Program-made: the position numbers and the translations under genes
NCBI GenBank assembly: GCA_964016885.1
Contig: OZ024742.1
Location: 86,614,001 to 86,678,000, forward strand
DNA length: 64,000 bases
Source: Eledone cirrhosa
Lineage: Eukaryota
Reading direction: 5' to 3'
Part shown: piece after piece, positions 24,950 through 40,153 of the stretch
Position numbering within the stretch: the stretch's first letter is position 1
Layout of the letters: every line of letters begins with the position of its first letter
The notes under the pieces: model-generated
What the model was told of the DNA's origin: nothing
Seen by the model: the letters and a program-made list of their open reading frames with translations, nothing else
The model's database searches: none

Positions 24950-27395
24950 AGAGAGTAATAAAAATCGTAGTGGATGTAAGGCGTATAGGGCCAAGAAGAA
25001 TTTCAAGGTAGTTGAGTCATCGTAGAAATGTCAATTCAGTTACAGATAAGATGTGATTTCAGGTGAGGACAACATCTGAAGATCTCGGTTTGGAATTCAA
25101 GCATTTTGACGTGACTTTCAATATTTGTAGAATTCTAAATTTTTCCGTGGTACGCAAAGAACAATTCTTTTTTGCCCCTTTGATATACCCTCGAATCGTC
25201 TAAATTAGACCAATCGATAGAATACGGGATGTTTTTATCTTTGAATTCCAACACCTTATTTGCGAGAGCCGTTGTTGTTCTTTTATCAGAGTGTTTAAAA
25301 GAAGTGACATGTGCATAAAATCTGGTTTTGAACCTGTCCTGAGTCATGCCAACATTTCGTTAACTCCTGGTTGCCTTTAAAGGTGTTACTTAGGCCTCAT
25401 ATACAAAGGATTTGGCATTATATTTGCCCTGTAATGGGCATTTATCCGGCTTCCTGCAACTGCATCCTGGATTTATTCTCGTACGATTAGAATTAGTGAT
25501 ATTAGACCTCATTGATGGGCAGCAAGAGTAACGGATTTTAACTACATTTCTATTAAATATCTTATAATATTTATGATTAGGAGGAAAATGTTTGTCTAAG
25601 AGGTTAAGGAATTTCCTTCCTCCATAAGTTTTGACAGTTAGAGAGAAGGGGGTGTAAACCAAATAATTTTCCTTTTCCTATTATTGTGGTTAGTTTTAGG
25701 GGGAGGAGTAGGTAGATATTTAATGTGTTCTGTAAATCCGCTGTTATTAAGGGCTTTATTAAAATATTAAGGGCTTTGTTAAAAATGTCTAGAGACGAAG
25801 ATAAGGTAGAAATCCTACGGCTAATGTTGGGAATGAGATTTTTAAAAACTATAGGGGGATGGCAAGACTCTTTGTGTATATATCGAAGATTTTCGTTAGG
25901 TTCATGATAAGCTTTAAAAGAGGCGGTAAGTAGATCAAGATTAATATCAAGAAAGTTAGCATTGGTAAGGTTCGTATCTATAGTAATTTTAAGGTTAAGA
26001 TTAGCAAAAGTATTGATTAAACCTTTACGGAATTTATCAAGGTTATGGCCATTGGTGGTATGAGAAACTGCCAAACCGTCGTCACGGTATAAACCGATAT
26101 TATGGGAAGGAAGTTTCCCTTTAAGGGTGTGGAGAAGGAATAATCCTACTAAGTCAAACACATCCGCACTGTCATATGAACCCATTGCAAAATCAAAATA
26201 GTTTTTAACCCAAATATTTTCATTAGTAAAGAGTAGAGTTTTCCTAGCATGAAAGATAATGTCTCCCTCTAATTTAGAAATATTAATGAAGGGTCTTGCA
26301 AATGCTAAGGCTTTAGTTAATAAGGAAACAGTAATAGAGGGGTAAAAATCAACAATATCAAATTGGGTAAATCTACACTTATTTTTACCTTGTATATTAT
26401 TAAACCAAGAAATAACAGAGGATGTATTTAACCATTGTGATAAGTCAGTCTTAGTTCTCATTTGGAGAATTATTTTTCTTAAGATTTTTTTACTTGCAAG
26501 GCCAACTTCAGATTTAGCCGGGTTAATCAGTCTACAGCTAGGTCGATTAGTAAAATGTAATGTATGGTCTTTAAGGGTAATATATGCTTTACGTTCAACT
26601 AGGCTTTCAATCCGGTTGACTATTTTTAAAGAACTAGCTAGTTCTTTAGCTTCTCTATTAATAGTATTGTAGGTGTTATTATTAGTTAATTGATATTTGT
26701 TGGTGTTACTATTAGTTAAAAGTTGATTATACAAAATACTATTAACTTCAAAGAGATTTTTAGTTTTATCGGAAAGAACAAACGTGTTTGTAGAATTTTT
26801 AAAATTAGGAATATCGTTAGACAGTTTAGTTTGAAAATTATTATTGTACTTACGAAATTTGATATCACTAATTAAATTAAGAAGGTGTAATTCGAAGTTG
26901 GCCATGTCTTTAATTATAGGTGGGTATTTACGGGATTTTATGTCTAAATAATCAGTTGTATCAGCGCTGAATACTCCATCGTAAACCATTGCCTTCCATC
27001 TCATTCTTTTAACGACTTGTTCGATTTTTTCTATACGCAGTTTGGTATAAGTTGTGTTGGACGGAGTATGTATATTTTTGATTGAATAATCCAATTCATA
27101 AAGATCCATGCTGTATGTTGGTTAAATTCTTGAAAACTGTAGAGTGCTCAAATAATCGGGCTGGAATGTGGCAATCATATATGTAATATAGGATATGCTT
27201 CAACCAATCCCGGTTGAAAACTTGAAAGCCACTTCAACTTGCCTGAACTCCAAGACCGAGATCTTAAGATGTTGTCCTCACCTGAAATCACATCTGATCT
27301 GTAACTGGATTGACATTTCTACGATAACTCAACCACCTTAAACTTCTTCTCTGCCCTCTACGCCTTACATCCACTACGATTTGTATTACTCACTG
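24950..27395 (-). mobile_element. Near full-length PLE (DKT/CxCx5C type, possibly Hydra clade) with inverted terminal pLTR
   Basis: About 24950-25125 and 27215-27395 are diverged inverted repeats enclosing the RT-EN coding region. Confidence 0.9.
25060..27109 (-). pseudogene. PLE RT + GIY-YIG endonuclease (RT open for 501 codons, then frameshifts)
   Basis: YSIKNIHTP, KRMRWKA, SDKT, RLINPAKS, FDIVDFYPSI, MGSYDSA, GLYRDDGL, NFLDI; CSCRKPDKCPL; MTQDRFKTRFYAH. Confidence 0.92.
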
Positions 27396-27422
27396 ATTAC
27401 ATGTGTATGTATGGATATGTAT

Positions 27423-27481
<59 letters not shown>

Positions 27482-27494
27482 TATATATATAAAA

Positions 27495-29110
27495 GATTAT
27501 TAGGTATTGACATATGTTTCTGTATCAGACGGAATACCTATGTATCGCTGCTTGCGTAATCATATAATGTTAGCAAGTATTCGATAGCAAATGTATAATC
27601 AGTTGTCACTTCTTCAGAGATATTGGATAAATTGGAAAAAATCAGAAAAATTGAAGTATTTATATTAGTTGTAAGTAAGGAAGAAGAGAGGGCATAGTAT
27701 ATGACAGATGGCAATTCAATTAACTGGTAAACAAGTATATAGAAGGTTTCTAATGAGAATACAATGAGTATATGGTTTATTTTATCTAAATTAGAATTTT
27801 TGGGAGTGCCTATTTTAATCTATACTTGACCAGTTGAACAATGGACAGGGCTGGTCGTTTAGTGTAGTAGTATTAATAGATATAAAGTGTCAATTAAGGA
27901 AGAGTGAGATTTTAACTGACACTGTATAACAACACTGCTGGTAGCGTGCTGGTATATTCATTAGGGAATTGAATTAAGAAATCTCATTTTATCTATAGCA
28001 GTTTATATTAAATGGTAAAGAATAGAAGAATTGACATAATTAAGACTAATAGAGAATGTTAATATGTATTTTGATAATCAAACGGAGATGGAGACTGGCG
28101 TTCAATCCTGGTAGCGTTTGTAATATGAAAATGTAGATTTCAAGCGATGGTTACAGTATAACGATCGCTCTATTCTGTTATTTAATAAAATACTTTTGGA
28201 GTTCATAATACAAAATAATTCCATAATACACAATTCACAAAATTCCTGTCCTTGGATATGAAGGGGCAGACACTATTATATCCCATTTTAGGTTAAATTG
28301 TTGGTTATTTTCGCGCAGCTGCCAAGCCTTGTCTGCGAGTGTTGTTACATAACGCTGGTGTTCATGTTTTATCGAGTAACGATGTCTATAAAGGCGAGAT
28401 TTGAAGGAGGTAGCTGTAGACCCCACATAGTACCACTTCTGGCTACCCGATTCGATAGTACATTTGTATATGATGTTGCGTTCAAGACACTGATTGTTCA
28501 ACGGACACATTCCTGGTTGGACACAGTTACAGTTATAAGTTTGCGTTGTTGTATTGGCATGGATGGGTTGATGAGGTTGCTTAGGCAGGACTGGATGTTG
28601 TTTGTTGTTTTGTGAGGTTATAGCCGATGTTTTAAGTGTATTGTTATGTGTTGGAAGGCGTTTATACAACCGTTTTGCGTTAAGCTCTTTTATATGTTGT
28701 TCAATATTAGGGGCGGTTGAATATGAAAGTAGAATAGTGTTACGGTTAAAGATTGTATTATACTTATGTGATGTTGGATATTGTTTTTAAACTAATCGAA
28801 AGAATTGTGAGGGTAAATTGGTTTTAATAGAGTTGTTATAGACCGGGTTGTACCATATATACTCTTTACATCGCCTTCTGTTTGGTGGTGTGCGTCTATT
28901 AGTGTGTCTATTGCGGTAGTGTATGTATGGTGTTGATTCTATGCTAGTTCTACCTCAATGAGATTTATTTTGGGTGTTTTGGGGATCGTCAACTATATAC
29001 TCTATATTAACTAGGTGTCCAGCCTTCCTAAGTGCATCATCATAATATTCGCCATGTTCTTTGAAGATTTGCTGGTTGGACGACAGGCGGGAGATTCTAA
29101 GGGAAATATT
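27495..29110 (-). mobile_element. 5'-truncated PLE: RT thumb, linker, GIY-YIG and 3' UTR
   Basis: [15 protein letters not shown]...YDDALRKAG (29015-29108), WYNPVY, CNCVQPGMCPL, IIYKC...YVGST...FKSRLYRH. Partial hammerhead GAAACATATGTC at 27509-27520 (-) with CTGAAGA at 27611-27617. Confidence 0.88.
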
Positions 29111-29192
29111 TCACACACGCATATATATATATATATATATATTTGTGTGTGTGTGTATGTGTATGTATGTGTGTATGTATGGATATGTGTGC

Positions 29193-29268
<76 letters not shown>

Positions 29269-29455
29269 ATGTGTGTGTACGTGTGTATGTGTGTGTGTAT
29301 GTATGTGCGTGTGTGTGTGTGTATGTGTGTGTGTGCATGTGTGTTTACCAACTTTTATATTTATTCTGTTTCCTTTCCTTTCTTTTCCAGCCTCACTTTC
29401 ATATATATTATATTTTTGTTTTTAAAATCCACTGTCAATAAATACACCAGGACTT

Positions 29456-29516
29456 TTTGATTCTGATGACTGAAAGCAAATTTCGTTCGCTTTCAAGAAA
29501 CCACTGGTAAATGAAA
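29456..29516 (+). ncRNA. Hammerhead (family B, best copy)
   Basis: TTTGATT-CTGATGA-CTGAAAGC-11 nt-GCTTTCAA-GAAA-CCACTGG-TA-AATGAAA. Stem III ACC/GGT, GUA site. Confidence 0.78.
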
Positions 29517-29580
29517 TAATTATCTTATGTTGTTTATTACATAACTATATACATATATATATGTGTGTACATATATATGT

Positions 29581-30060
<480 letters not shown>

Positions 30061-30250
30061 TATCTCAAAATTACGTTTGCAAAGCATAAGAAATCTGCAA
30101 CAGGTAAAAACTTAAAACTAGAATTAGTAATAATACTTATTACTAATTTATACTTATTCCTAATTAAACTATTTTTCACAGGGAAAAATGTGTCAGCATT
30201 TTCTTTTCCTTTTTAATAATATATCACAACTCGTGTGTCACATCTCTATT

Positions 30251-30281
<31 letters not shown>

Positions 30282-30288
30282 ATTATAC

Positions 30289-30355
<67 letters not shown>

Positions 30356-30449
30356 ATAAGTTGAGAGAGACGAAGATAGAAAGATTTCAGTATTATACGA
30401 GTATTAAAGTAGTTATTCCATTATTCAGCAGATTATACGATACTTGGAA

Positions 30450-31450
30450 TAGTAGAGTGTAGATGTATGAGAGTATTTGGTATTTGCACTGGAAATTCAA
30501 AAAGTTCAGCAGTCGGTGCGTGATTCTCTTCTAATTATATACATATAATTGTCGTTGCAGGAAAGAGAGAGAATCACATTGAGATGTTTTTTGATACATG
30601 GCTTCATATTTCAACTACATTTTCCATCATGTCCTGTTCAGATTCTTTTGCTGATTCATTCCTTATTTAGTTCATTTTATCAACATATTTGCCAGATTAT
30701 CCTCGTTCTTCTTATATTTTCTTCTCAAACCAATACTTGTATTCGCACCAGTATTTTTAAAATTTTCTCTTATTAATATCCATTCAGATCCAGCTCTGGT
30801 TTGCGCGATGATGTTCACTTTGCTGTTGACCCCAAAATATCATAATACCAGTTATTTCGGATAAAATATTGGTAATCCTCGGGATCATGTACGTGAATAT
30901 TGACTCTTTTTCCTGATACTTTACTTTATGTAACTTAGCAAGGTATATAAATTTCAATTCAATGCCTTCCAGATCAATGCAGATTAATTCCTAAAAATTC
31001 AAAACAAGATTCATCATAATTTTTCTTGCATTCATTCTATTCAAATTAGAAGATAGTACCGTTGCTATTGATGTTACATTATCAAATGTTAATGCTTATC
31101 TTGAACAATGTTGTATGTTCGCCTAATTACATTCGTAAATCCTAAATATTATAGCACCCATGATTTTGCCAGTTCTTTAAATTTTCATAATTTCAATCAG
31201 TGTCCACTCAATTATTTTACAGTTAATTGGCAGAAATTGACACCAGGACAAAGAAAAAAATTGGAATCCCAATACCCGTGTTATTGATCGCCATTTATAT
31301 TGGAAAGGAGTGAGATAAAACATGACTAAGTAGAGGGAGGCACCTTGAAATATTCCGCAATTTACAGTTTGACCCAAAGGTTCTGTTACATTTCTTGGAG
31401 TACGTTTTCTATCGATTTAAAAGGTTGCCTGTCTTCTTTCAAGTTTCAAG
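30450..31450 (-). pseudogene. Old R4/Dong-like RT fragment
   Basis: VNCGIFQGASLYLVMF resembles the GIFQGDSLSPLxF motif. A downstream DPEDYQY echoes YKYLG. Confidence 0.4.
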
Positions 31451-31599
31451 TTCTTAATTCATCTTTAAGCTATCAGATGTAATTTTGTCCAAGATTAGAA
31501 TGGAACTCCAACGTACTGCGGGCATGTTGCCATCATACATTTAAAATATTCCCAATTAGCCGAAAACGAATCTTTATCTATCGAATCATCAATTGATTA

Positions 31600-32450
31600 A
31601 GGTACACAGGACCAGTTCAAGACGAGAGACAACGGGAGGTTCCTTGTAAGTCAGGACGTCCAGGCTCAATAAAATCATCAGTTCCAGAGTTCACAGAGAT
31701 CCAAGTTGCTCTATGAGAAATATCGTAGTTGAGCTGGGAGATGCAAGAGTATCTTGCTTCATTGAAACGCCGAAAGGTTCACAACCTCTCAACTGCTTAA
31801 ATAGGGAAAAGACTCGCAAGAAATCGTGCTTTGCTGGAGCAGCTCGATACACATGGGTTGGACAATGTGCTCTTCACTGTTGGAGAAGCTCAACGCAGCC
31901 AAAATGGCAGACTCCTTGCGGAAGACGCATAGACAGCTCCAGAGAATTCCAAAAATAACTACGGCACTCAAAAAACCTTATATGTGACGGTTTCGCCTGG
32001 AGTGTCGTCGATGGAGAAACTTTCTCTTGCATCTGTTCCTGTAGGAGTCAAAGTCAAGAGTGCAAGCGATGAAGTACCCATACCTGAGCGTGTGGTGAAA
32101 CATTTGAGCCAATAATTATTCAATGGTGATCCCTTTCTCTTCCAGCAGGATGGAGCACCTGCCCACACTGGCAACAGGACTCAGAAGTAGCTTCAAGATA
32201 AGTTCCCAGATTTCTTGTCCAAGGTAGAATTGCCTACCTCAAGGCCAGACTTACACCCAATGGACTTTATCATTTAATCCATCTTGGAGACCATTGCGTG
32301 TGCTCGATATTATCGTTCAGTAGCGGTATTAAAGAGGCCTCGGCAGCGTGAATGGGGTAGAAGACCACTAGAAGTCTTGGGTGTTGTTGTTAAAGCAGTG
32401 TCAGGTAGACTTAAGGCAGTAATAAGGAAAATATGTTGATTTATTGAATA
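31600..32450 (+). pseudogene. Tc1/mariner-superfamily transposase relic (probably DDxD, maT-like)
   Basis: FQQDGAPAHTGNRTQK*LQDKFPDFLSKVELPTSRPDLHPMDFII*SILE at about 32140-32290. No clear TIRs. Confidence 0.8.
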
Positions 32451-32609
32451 CTCTTTAGCAGTAATATTGCAAAACATGTTAAGAAGTAGTGTGCAAGGTT
32501 TCAAGTAAATTGTTTCAGATTTGGCTGAAACAAAATATGTTTAAAGCCTTATAGGTATTCTCTAGCTGACTCGTGCGCCACAGCTGGCCTGGTTCTCTAC
32601 AAAGGCACA

Positions 32610-32815
32610 TAACGGACGGCAAACGGGATTGATAGTCCCAATTTTCAAAAGCGGAGAAAAGAGAGAGTGTTTCAATTACAGAATAATCTCCTTGTTAAAC
32701 CACCCCGGTAAAGTCTATACTAAGTTTTTGGCAAAGTGAGGCAAGTGTATTGTAGAGTCCAATCTAGCTGATGATCTATGCGTTTTCGACCCGAACTCAG
32801 CATACGCACCACAGC
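32610..32815 (+). pseudogene. RTE-type LINE RT fragment
   Basis: QTGLIVPIFKSGEKRECFNYRIISLLNHPGKVYTKFL. Confidence 0.8.
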
Positions 32816-33635
32816 CTACCAATTAGTCAAAATGCGGCAAAGCTTCGAGAAATCCAGGTAGTATTACCCAGAGGTATATTTTCGTTTCATTTTATTCTTT
32901 TTTTTAATACCACAACTGAAAGGTTATGGCATCTTGGTTATCCATGCATGTATTCTGTACTTACTTCTATATGATAACATATCCGATTCAAATCTGAATA
33001 AATCAAATTTAGATCTTTGAACTCTTACAATTTTTCATACATGTGGCATATTCTGTTTCAAGAAATACATTTCGATCAGAATTTTCAATCACTTTTACGT
33101 CATTTCGTATTTTTTCTAGGTTATACAACATATTACTTTTATATATTGAACACACATATTTGCACTATATTGGAAATGGGAGTTGGATTAGAACATACAC
33201 GAAAAATATAAAAATGAGTTATATATAATAGGTGGATTTGATTGCTTCAAATTCCGTTAGAAGTATTGGCGTGAAATGGCATATTATTACACGGCTAGAA
33301 AAACATACACGAATCAAAAGAAATAATAAATAACAATGAAAGAACAGAAAATATGTAACCGGTGTTGATCAAAGGTAACCGATTCTGTAATGTATATTCC
33401 TTTCTCTACAACCTCTACTTTGTGATATTGCAGTAAGTTAGAAAATCGAAGAATTATTGATGATTGCGTGGAGAAAATGATTTCATAGGCGCAAGTAAAA
33501 TATATACAGAAATTTAAATCTGTACGTAAATATACATACATAAATTATATATATATTTATTTTCTTTTGAATATATATATATATAAATATATATATATTT
33601 ATATATATATATGTGTATGTATGTGTGTGTATGAT

Positions 33636-33669
<34 letters not shown>

Positions 33670-34164
33670 CGTGTGCACGCTCGAAGTTTTTTGGTCCTTG
33701 TCTATGAAACTCTGTGTTTGGATATGAATGAGCTTGATTCAACTCCTGAATGTAGACGGTCAGATATTCTCAGAAATCCCTTGACTCAATGGAGAGAGCA
33801 CTTTTGAAAATTTCCTTTTTAAATTGCATTTCTGTCCCAAGGAAAGTATGTTTTTTCTCGTGTACTTTATCTGAATTTGAAGAAATGCAGACCAATATTC
33901 AAACGTGATTAATTCGATGAAGTTTTTTTAATTCATTGTGATGTTTTCTTCATCGTGTTATTGCCTGTCAAAATACGGATTTCGACAATTTGTAGTAGAC
34001 AACTTCAATATTTTGTTCGTCTCAACGTGTTTTGCCTGACTTTAATATGTTCATTTAACGCAACTACTATATTACAGTTATTTTCTGCACCTGATATTCC
34101 TACATCTTATGAATGTATTTCCTTGGCATTTATTATGTTTGCTTATAAATAAATAATTAAATAA

Positions 34165-34236
<72 letters not shown>

Positions 34237-34416
34237 TATATTTTTCTACGGCTTCGATATAAATACCCCCTCCGCCTCCGTGGTATTTTCTTCGGGGTTA
34301 TAAGAGGCTTAGCTCTGTTTCTCGACCGTTATATCGCGTGACTATCTCCCCCTCCGCCTTATGGGATTCTTTCTCACGTCGTGTAGACGCGTTCTTGAGA
34401 CTAGTAAAATGAGGTA

Positions 34417-34506
34417 TCCTCTTGATAAGTCGGCAGACCTCGCAAGGACTCTATATCTTTATGATGTATTGTTTTTGTTTATGCCACGAAACTACGTAGT
34501 CGAGGA
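34417..34506 (+). ncRNA. Hammerhead variant with U3-A8 core and 10-nt palindromic stem III (family H)
   Basis: TCCTC-TTGATAA-GTCGGCAGAC...GTTTATGCCAC-GAAA-CTACGTAG-TC-GAGGA, GUC site. Lies in an approximately 345-bp island between (TA)n tracts. Confidence 0.85.
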
Positions 34507-34621
34507 ATCTAGGAGCAGTTTAGGTATGATACATTTTATTACTAATTATATCTAAATGTTTCTTCCCTCTTCATAATGTATATATATATATAGATATAGA
34601 TATATATACATATATATATAC

Positions 34622-34667
<46 letters not shown>

Positions 34668-35580
34668 GTGTGTGTCTGAGTGTATGTATGTGTGTTTGTG
34701 TGCGTGTGCGTTTATGTGCATGTGTGCGTGCGTATGTGTGTGTGTGTATGTGTGGGTGTATGCGTGTGAGTGTGCGTGTGTGTATGTGTATGTGTGTGTG
34801 TGTGAGTAGACAATTACATTTCAGATAACATACGATGATATTTTATGTATATTTTCATGTATATGCATTTATTTGTGCAACGTCGGTTTGCAGATTTTAT
34901 TTCTGCTCCGAATTCTGCATATTTCTGCTCCGAATTCTGCATCTTTGCTCTGGTACATTTGCAGAAATGCGAGCCTTTGTAGAATGATATTCTGATTTGA
35001 TATATTCGATACTTTTTCATAAATTACATGGTGTCGCATTCTTGATCGTTTTATTGCCTATCCTGTTAATATTATCGGTGGAGATGCAGCCTAATTATGG
35101 TAGTTATTCTTTTAAGTTTGATGTTTAACCTTACGTACAAAGGAATTCGTCGTTACATATCATTACGTATTAGGTACGGTGAATTAATCTGAATTTATTT
35201 TTTGGCATAAGCAATTGATTATTTCTAAGTCCACAAGAAGTTCTAACAGTGATTGAAAGAAGCTGTATCCATGATTTAGCCCTTCTAAATTTCATGAGTT
35301 TAATATGGATTGTGGCGATCAGCACGTTCTCTTACCTATAATTGCATTTTGCTATTGTTTTCCTGAGGACAATTAACCTTTGGGAGACATGTTTATGATG
35401 CATAGACATTAAAATGTAAATTTAACCATATAGTTTACGCATGAATGTCATCCTATCTGGTAAGCAAGCAATTTTGAATTGTGGTGTGCTATTCGTGAGA
35501 AAGAATAGTTCGAATTATTAAATGAAAGTAGAGTGTGAAATATTTTCAATATTTCAGCTTGTAGATATAGTACATGCTAC

Positions 35581-35615
35581 AGACGCGGTGTGAGACCGCG
35601 TCTCTTGGTGTCTAG
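35581..35615 (+). mobile_element. Candidate Helitron 3' terminus
   Basis: Perfect 9-bp GC-rich hairpin AGACGCGGT-GTGAG-ACCGCGTCT, an 8-nt spacer, then CTAG followed by T. Confidence 0.5.
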
Positions 35616-37150
35616 TGTATAGCAGCTCGATGTTGCAATGACAAAAATGAGGAATGAATATATGCATGATGTTAATGTACTAAAGGAATAAAAAATTCAT
35701 TCTTCCGAAGCATTTGTACCTCCGCTTCAAAGTCATCATCTACGAACGTGCTAATCTCAACAACTTTACTCGGATACGGGATATATGAGAATGGATATGG
35801 CTCATTCGCAGATTGATGGACATAGGAGCAAATAGAGATTCTATATTGTCAAGACGTAAACTTCGTTTATCGGTGGTATTGCCTATATGAACTATCATAG
35901 TGATATTTGTGCGAGATGAAACGTTTTGTTTCCATCAGCTACAATGACTTCGGTTATTTTCCTCTCTGATAATATTTTAATTCATGAAAATCGATATTCA
36001 TTTACTATTGAATTTATTAGTTTACTTTTGCTACTTTCGGCATGACGTAAATATATTTATGTTTTTAACGCAAAACATAATTCACACTGATTAAATACAT
36101 TAATATTATATGTTGCAATTAATGTGATAAATGATTTTGCACAAAATATTTTCACCTAAATATTAACTCCAATTAAAGTTAATATATATCATCGTAAGCT
36201 TCACTTGTAGTGACAACTACACAATAGCTCGGATTGTTGTTGGCAATCTTGACAAAATACAAATGCCGATTTGTTAATGAATAATTTGTATGATTATATT
36301 TTTAGGTGTGCATACAGTAAACAAATAAAATATTTTATTACTTCTTGGTAAATCAGCGGAACATAAATATACAAACTTTTCTGGGAGTGTATTATATTTG
36401 CGGAGTTCAGTTTAAATTTAAATCATATGATGTGGTATGTTGTTTCTCAAAGAAAAGGTGGTAGCGTATGAGAAGCGTTATAAGAAACATTGAATCGTGA
36501 TGTGAAATTTTAAGAGAAAATACTTGCTGTTCTAAACAGACACGTAAAGGATAGAAATGTGTGGATTCTTAAATCATAAGATATATATATATATATTGTG
36601 TTTATATTCTCCATTTAATGGTTCGTGCAATAAGGATTGAGTAACATTTGAACGAGCTATATCCTATGTTTTACCTATATGTTGGCTTGAAACTTAAAAT
36701 TTTAAGTTAACATGAAGGCTCATTTTTCTTCGAATACGTTCCTGTCACTGCTCTTGTTTTTTCAAGTATCTTCTGCCATAGATGCAGAAATGTTGAAACA
36801 GAAATAAAACTTACATAATATATTTGGATTATCAATTTATGCTTATGTTTCATTGCCTGCACAACATTTACATAAATCTGTATCTCTTCATGAAATACAG
36901 CTATTTCGACTCTATTTCTTTGTTTATACGATATGCATGCGTAGTATCGTTTCATCTTTCAAAATACAATGAGGGATTAATTAATGTTGAACGACTAAGA
37001 ACACATTTTGTATTGTACGTTTTTGTATTTGGTTGCAAGATTCATTGTGGGTAATAATTTGTTAAATCATATATAACGTAGGATGGACGGGACATAATGC
37101 CAATATAAAAATCACTCATTAGTCGAATGAAACATTTTAAATATACATAA

Positions 37151-37342
37151 AATAATTGTTTCTACTTTTGGCACTATGCCAGCAATTACCCAGTGTATTA
37201 CAGGTACTTTATTTTATCGACGACGCAAGGATGAAAGGCAAAGTTAACCTCGGCAGGATTTGAACTCAGAATGGCAAGGGCCGTAACTCTATGCGTCAAA
37301 GCATGGCGTCCAACCCTCTGCCGAAACTGCCAATCCACCGCC
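37151..37342 (-). mobile_element. tRNA-derived SINE (cephalopod type)
   Basis: A box TGGCAGTTTCGG, B box GAGTTCAAATCC, core TCGATAAAATAAAGTACC, 3' AAAAGTAGAAACAATTATT. Five related copies in the window. Confidence 0.88.
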
Positions 37343-38729
37343 CTGGATATACATAAAATAATTCGAAATGAATGGCACATAGGGAAACATCCATAGATAA
37401 CGACATTGACAATGTCGAAAGGACCCTGATATTTTATTAATTAAATCACTGTCCAATGGACTTCTAGATTAATGACATAACTAACCAAACTCAAGTAAAA
37501 TTCAATTAATGTGCCTATTTAAATTGACATCAGGGTTATGTAAATATAATACAATGTTTCCAATATTCTAAATGGGATATGTCGACGTTGCCCAATGTTT
37601 ATACGTAAGAAGGTACTCTAAGGATTATTAACAGAAATAAACGCATCTTGCAATGCTGGCTTAATGACACTTGCTTTTCTAGTATGATGTTTATGTGTCC
37701 GAACAATAATTGCATATCAAATTCTATGTAATTTTTTTAATGGGGAAATGTTATAAGTTTCAAATAAATTGAGTGAATTTATATTCAGAAATTGTGATTT
37801 TGAGCGTAATTTGCAATCGCTAATCTTCTCAGAAGCTAAAATCCTGATTCGTTGGATATAATTTTACGTATATCATTTGCTATTAATTCAAATTATATAG
37901 TTTCCTAGAATTATTAAAAGAAAAAAAATATATTCATCTGACTTAAGTGAAAATACAAATGAGTGAAATACCTTAAGAATACAATTTCTTATTTCAAATA
38001 AATCCTGCAAAATGAAGGTTTGCTAAAGATTAATCTATTTAATTAAATTTCTAATTGACAAAGCGTTTTAGGTGAATATCTTTCTGTGATAATTCTTCGC
38101 TACAAGTATTTTTACCGCAGTATGCATTGAAAGAATTAAGTTCCTACCTTCCTATTTTCATTGAATGTTATTATTGATGGATTGCATGAATAAGAATCAG
38201 TGTTGTACAACTTATATTAATTCCTGAATATAATAAATGAAACATTCTAATGAGTAATATTTTCACAAGATGTTTATTGAATATTTATAACAATTGTTAA
38301 ATCACGTTAGTATTGAGATTTAGACATATTCGTTTATATATTTTCTCTATTGGTTAACCTCTAATGAGTCTAATTAGCAATAGATAAATAATTGCTAAAT
38401 CAATATACGGTCGTACAACAAATCATATTTTCAATTCCAAAATATATTTCGATTAATATTTTAGTCATCATTTCTCAATTAGTTTCGTAATATAGTTGTT
38501 TGTTATTAAAAGCAAGGAATCATTTAAAGATATACCTCGAATTGACTTGTTCGAAGCCAGTCGTCCGCGGGATCAAGTCAATACACTGTCATGCACTAAT
38601 CACATATGAGTATTGACGTACATATACGTCAATACTCTTTTTTTTTCCATTTCTTTCAGGGTTCTAAACCACAATATCAGATTAACATTTTTATATTTTA
38701 AAATACAGCGAAAGCTTATATTTCTAATT

Positions 38730-38918
<189 letters not shown>

Positions 38919-38989
38919 CTATATATATATAATATTAAAAAAATAATGAATAAAACAATGAAACAGTTCCTTATATTAAACAAAAAAAG

Positions 38990-39142
38990 TTCATTATTTA
39001 ACGATCGTTTCTAGGACATATATGTGTTAGAATTGGCATGCATATTCAACAGATCTATGTACAAAATTATACAAAATTATACAAACTATCAAATAGAGTA
39101 TAGATACCAACACACACATATGCCGTCTTCAGAAATAATGAA
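38990..39142 (-). ncRNA. Hammerhead with very long stem II (family I)
   Basis: TTCATTATTT-CTGAAGA-[about 114 nt]-GAAA-CGATCG-TT-AAATAATGAA. Confidence 0.85.
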
Positions 39143-40114
39143 ATATATTTATTGATAATAACAACAATTCAAAATTACAGGTCTGTTTGGGAATAGAGTT
39201 CAAATAGACCAATGAAATACACAAAAATATATCAAGAAAATACAGTTAGGTGTGTGTATATATGTAAGTAACTTCGTTCACAGATATGCATAAAAATGTA
39301 TGTTCACATGCATACGCATGTTGAAAAGATGTATGTAAATACAAAAATTCAGGGCTAATGTCTCTGTATGTCTATAATCTACAGACAAAATACACATACG
39401 TATACATACATATATACACTCATATATACACACATATACATACATTCATACACGCACACACGCATATACACATAAACATACACATACCCACGAACATAGA
39501 CAGACACACACATACACACACACACACACACATACGTATATATTATTATTATAACTATATGGATATTGAGGCGCACACATAAACACTGCCACATATACTT
39601 ACATCTAGATGCAGAACTAAAAATAGGTAAAGGGAGTCAGTAATTACAGAGGGTGTCAGACACAGCCTATTTATAAAAATGTATCTATAAATTTAGAAAT
39701 AAAAAGAAATATATTAAAAGAAATAAACAAGTAAAATATATACTCATACATAAAATACACACCGATATACACATATATATATATATATATATATACATAT
39801 ATATAGAGACATATATATATACATATATAAACATACACATACACATACATACACACATATATATATAGATATACTCACAACACACATATATATACACATA
39901 TATGTACACACACATACACACATACATACACATACATATATATATACACATACATATATATACATATATATATACACATACACGCACATATATATACACA
40001 CACACATACATATACGTATATATACATACACATACATATATCCATGTATATATATACACATACAACCACACGCTCACACACAACTCAGACATACATAAAT
40101 ATAGAGATATACAT

Positions 40115-40153
<39 letters not shown>

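Noticed and set aside
37280-37342. tRNA gene
   Set aside because: The A and B boxes belong to a SINE head; no cloverleaf can be formed.
33000-38700. Host gene exons in the low-repeat interval
   Set aside because: No ORF with recognisable protein features. Small exons cannot be excluded without RNA data.
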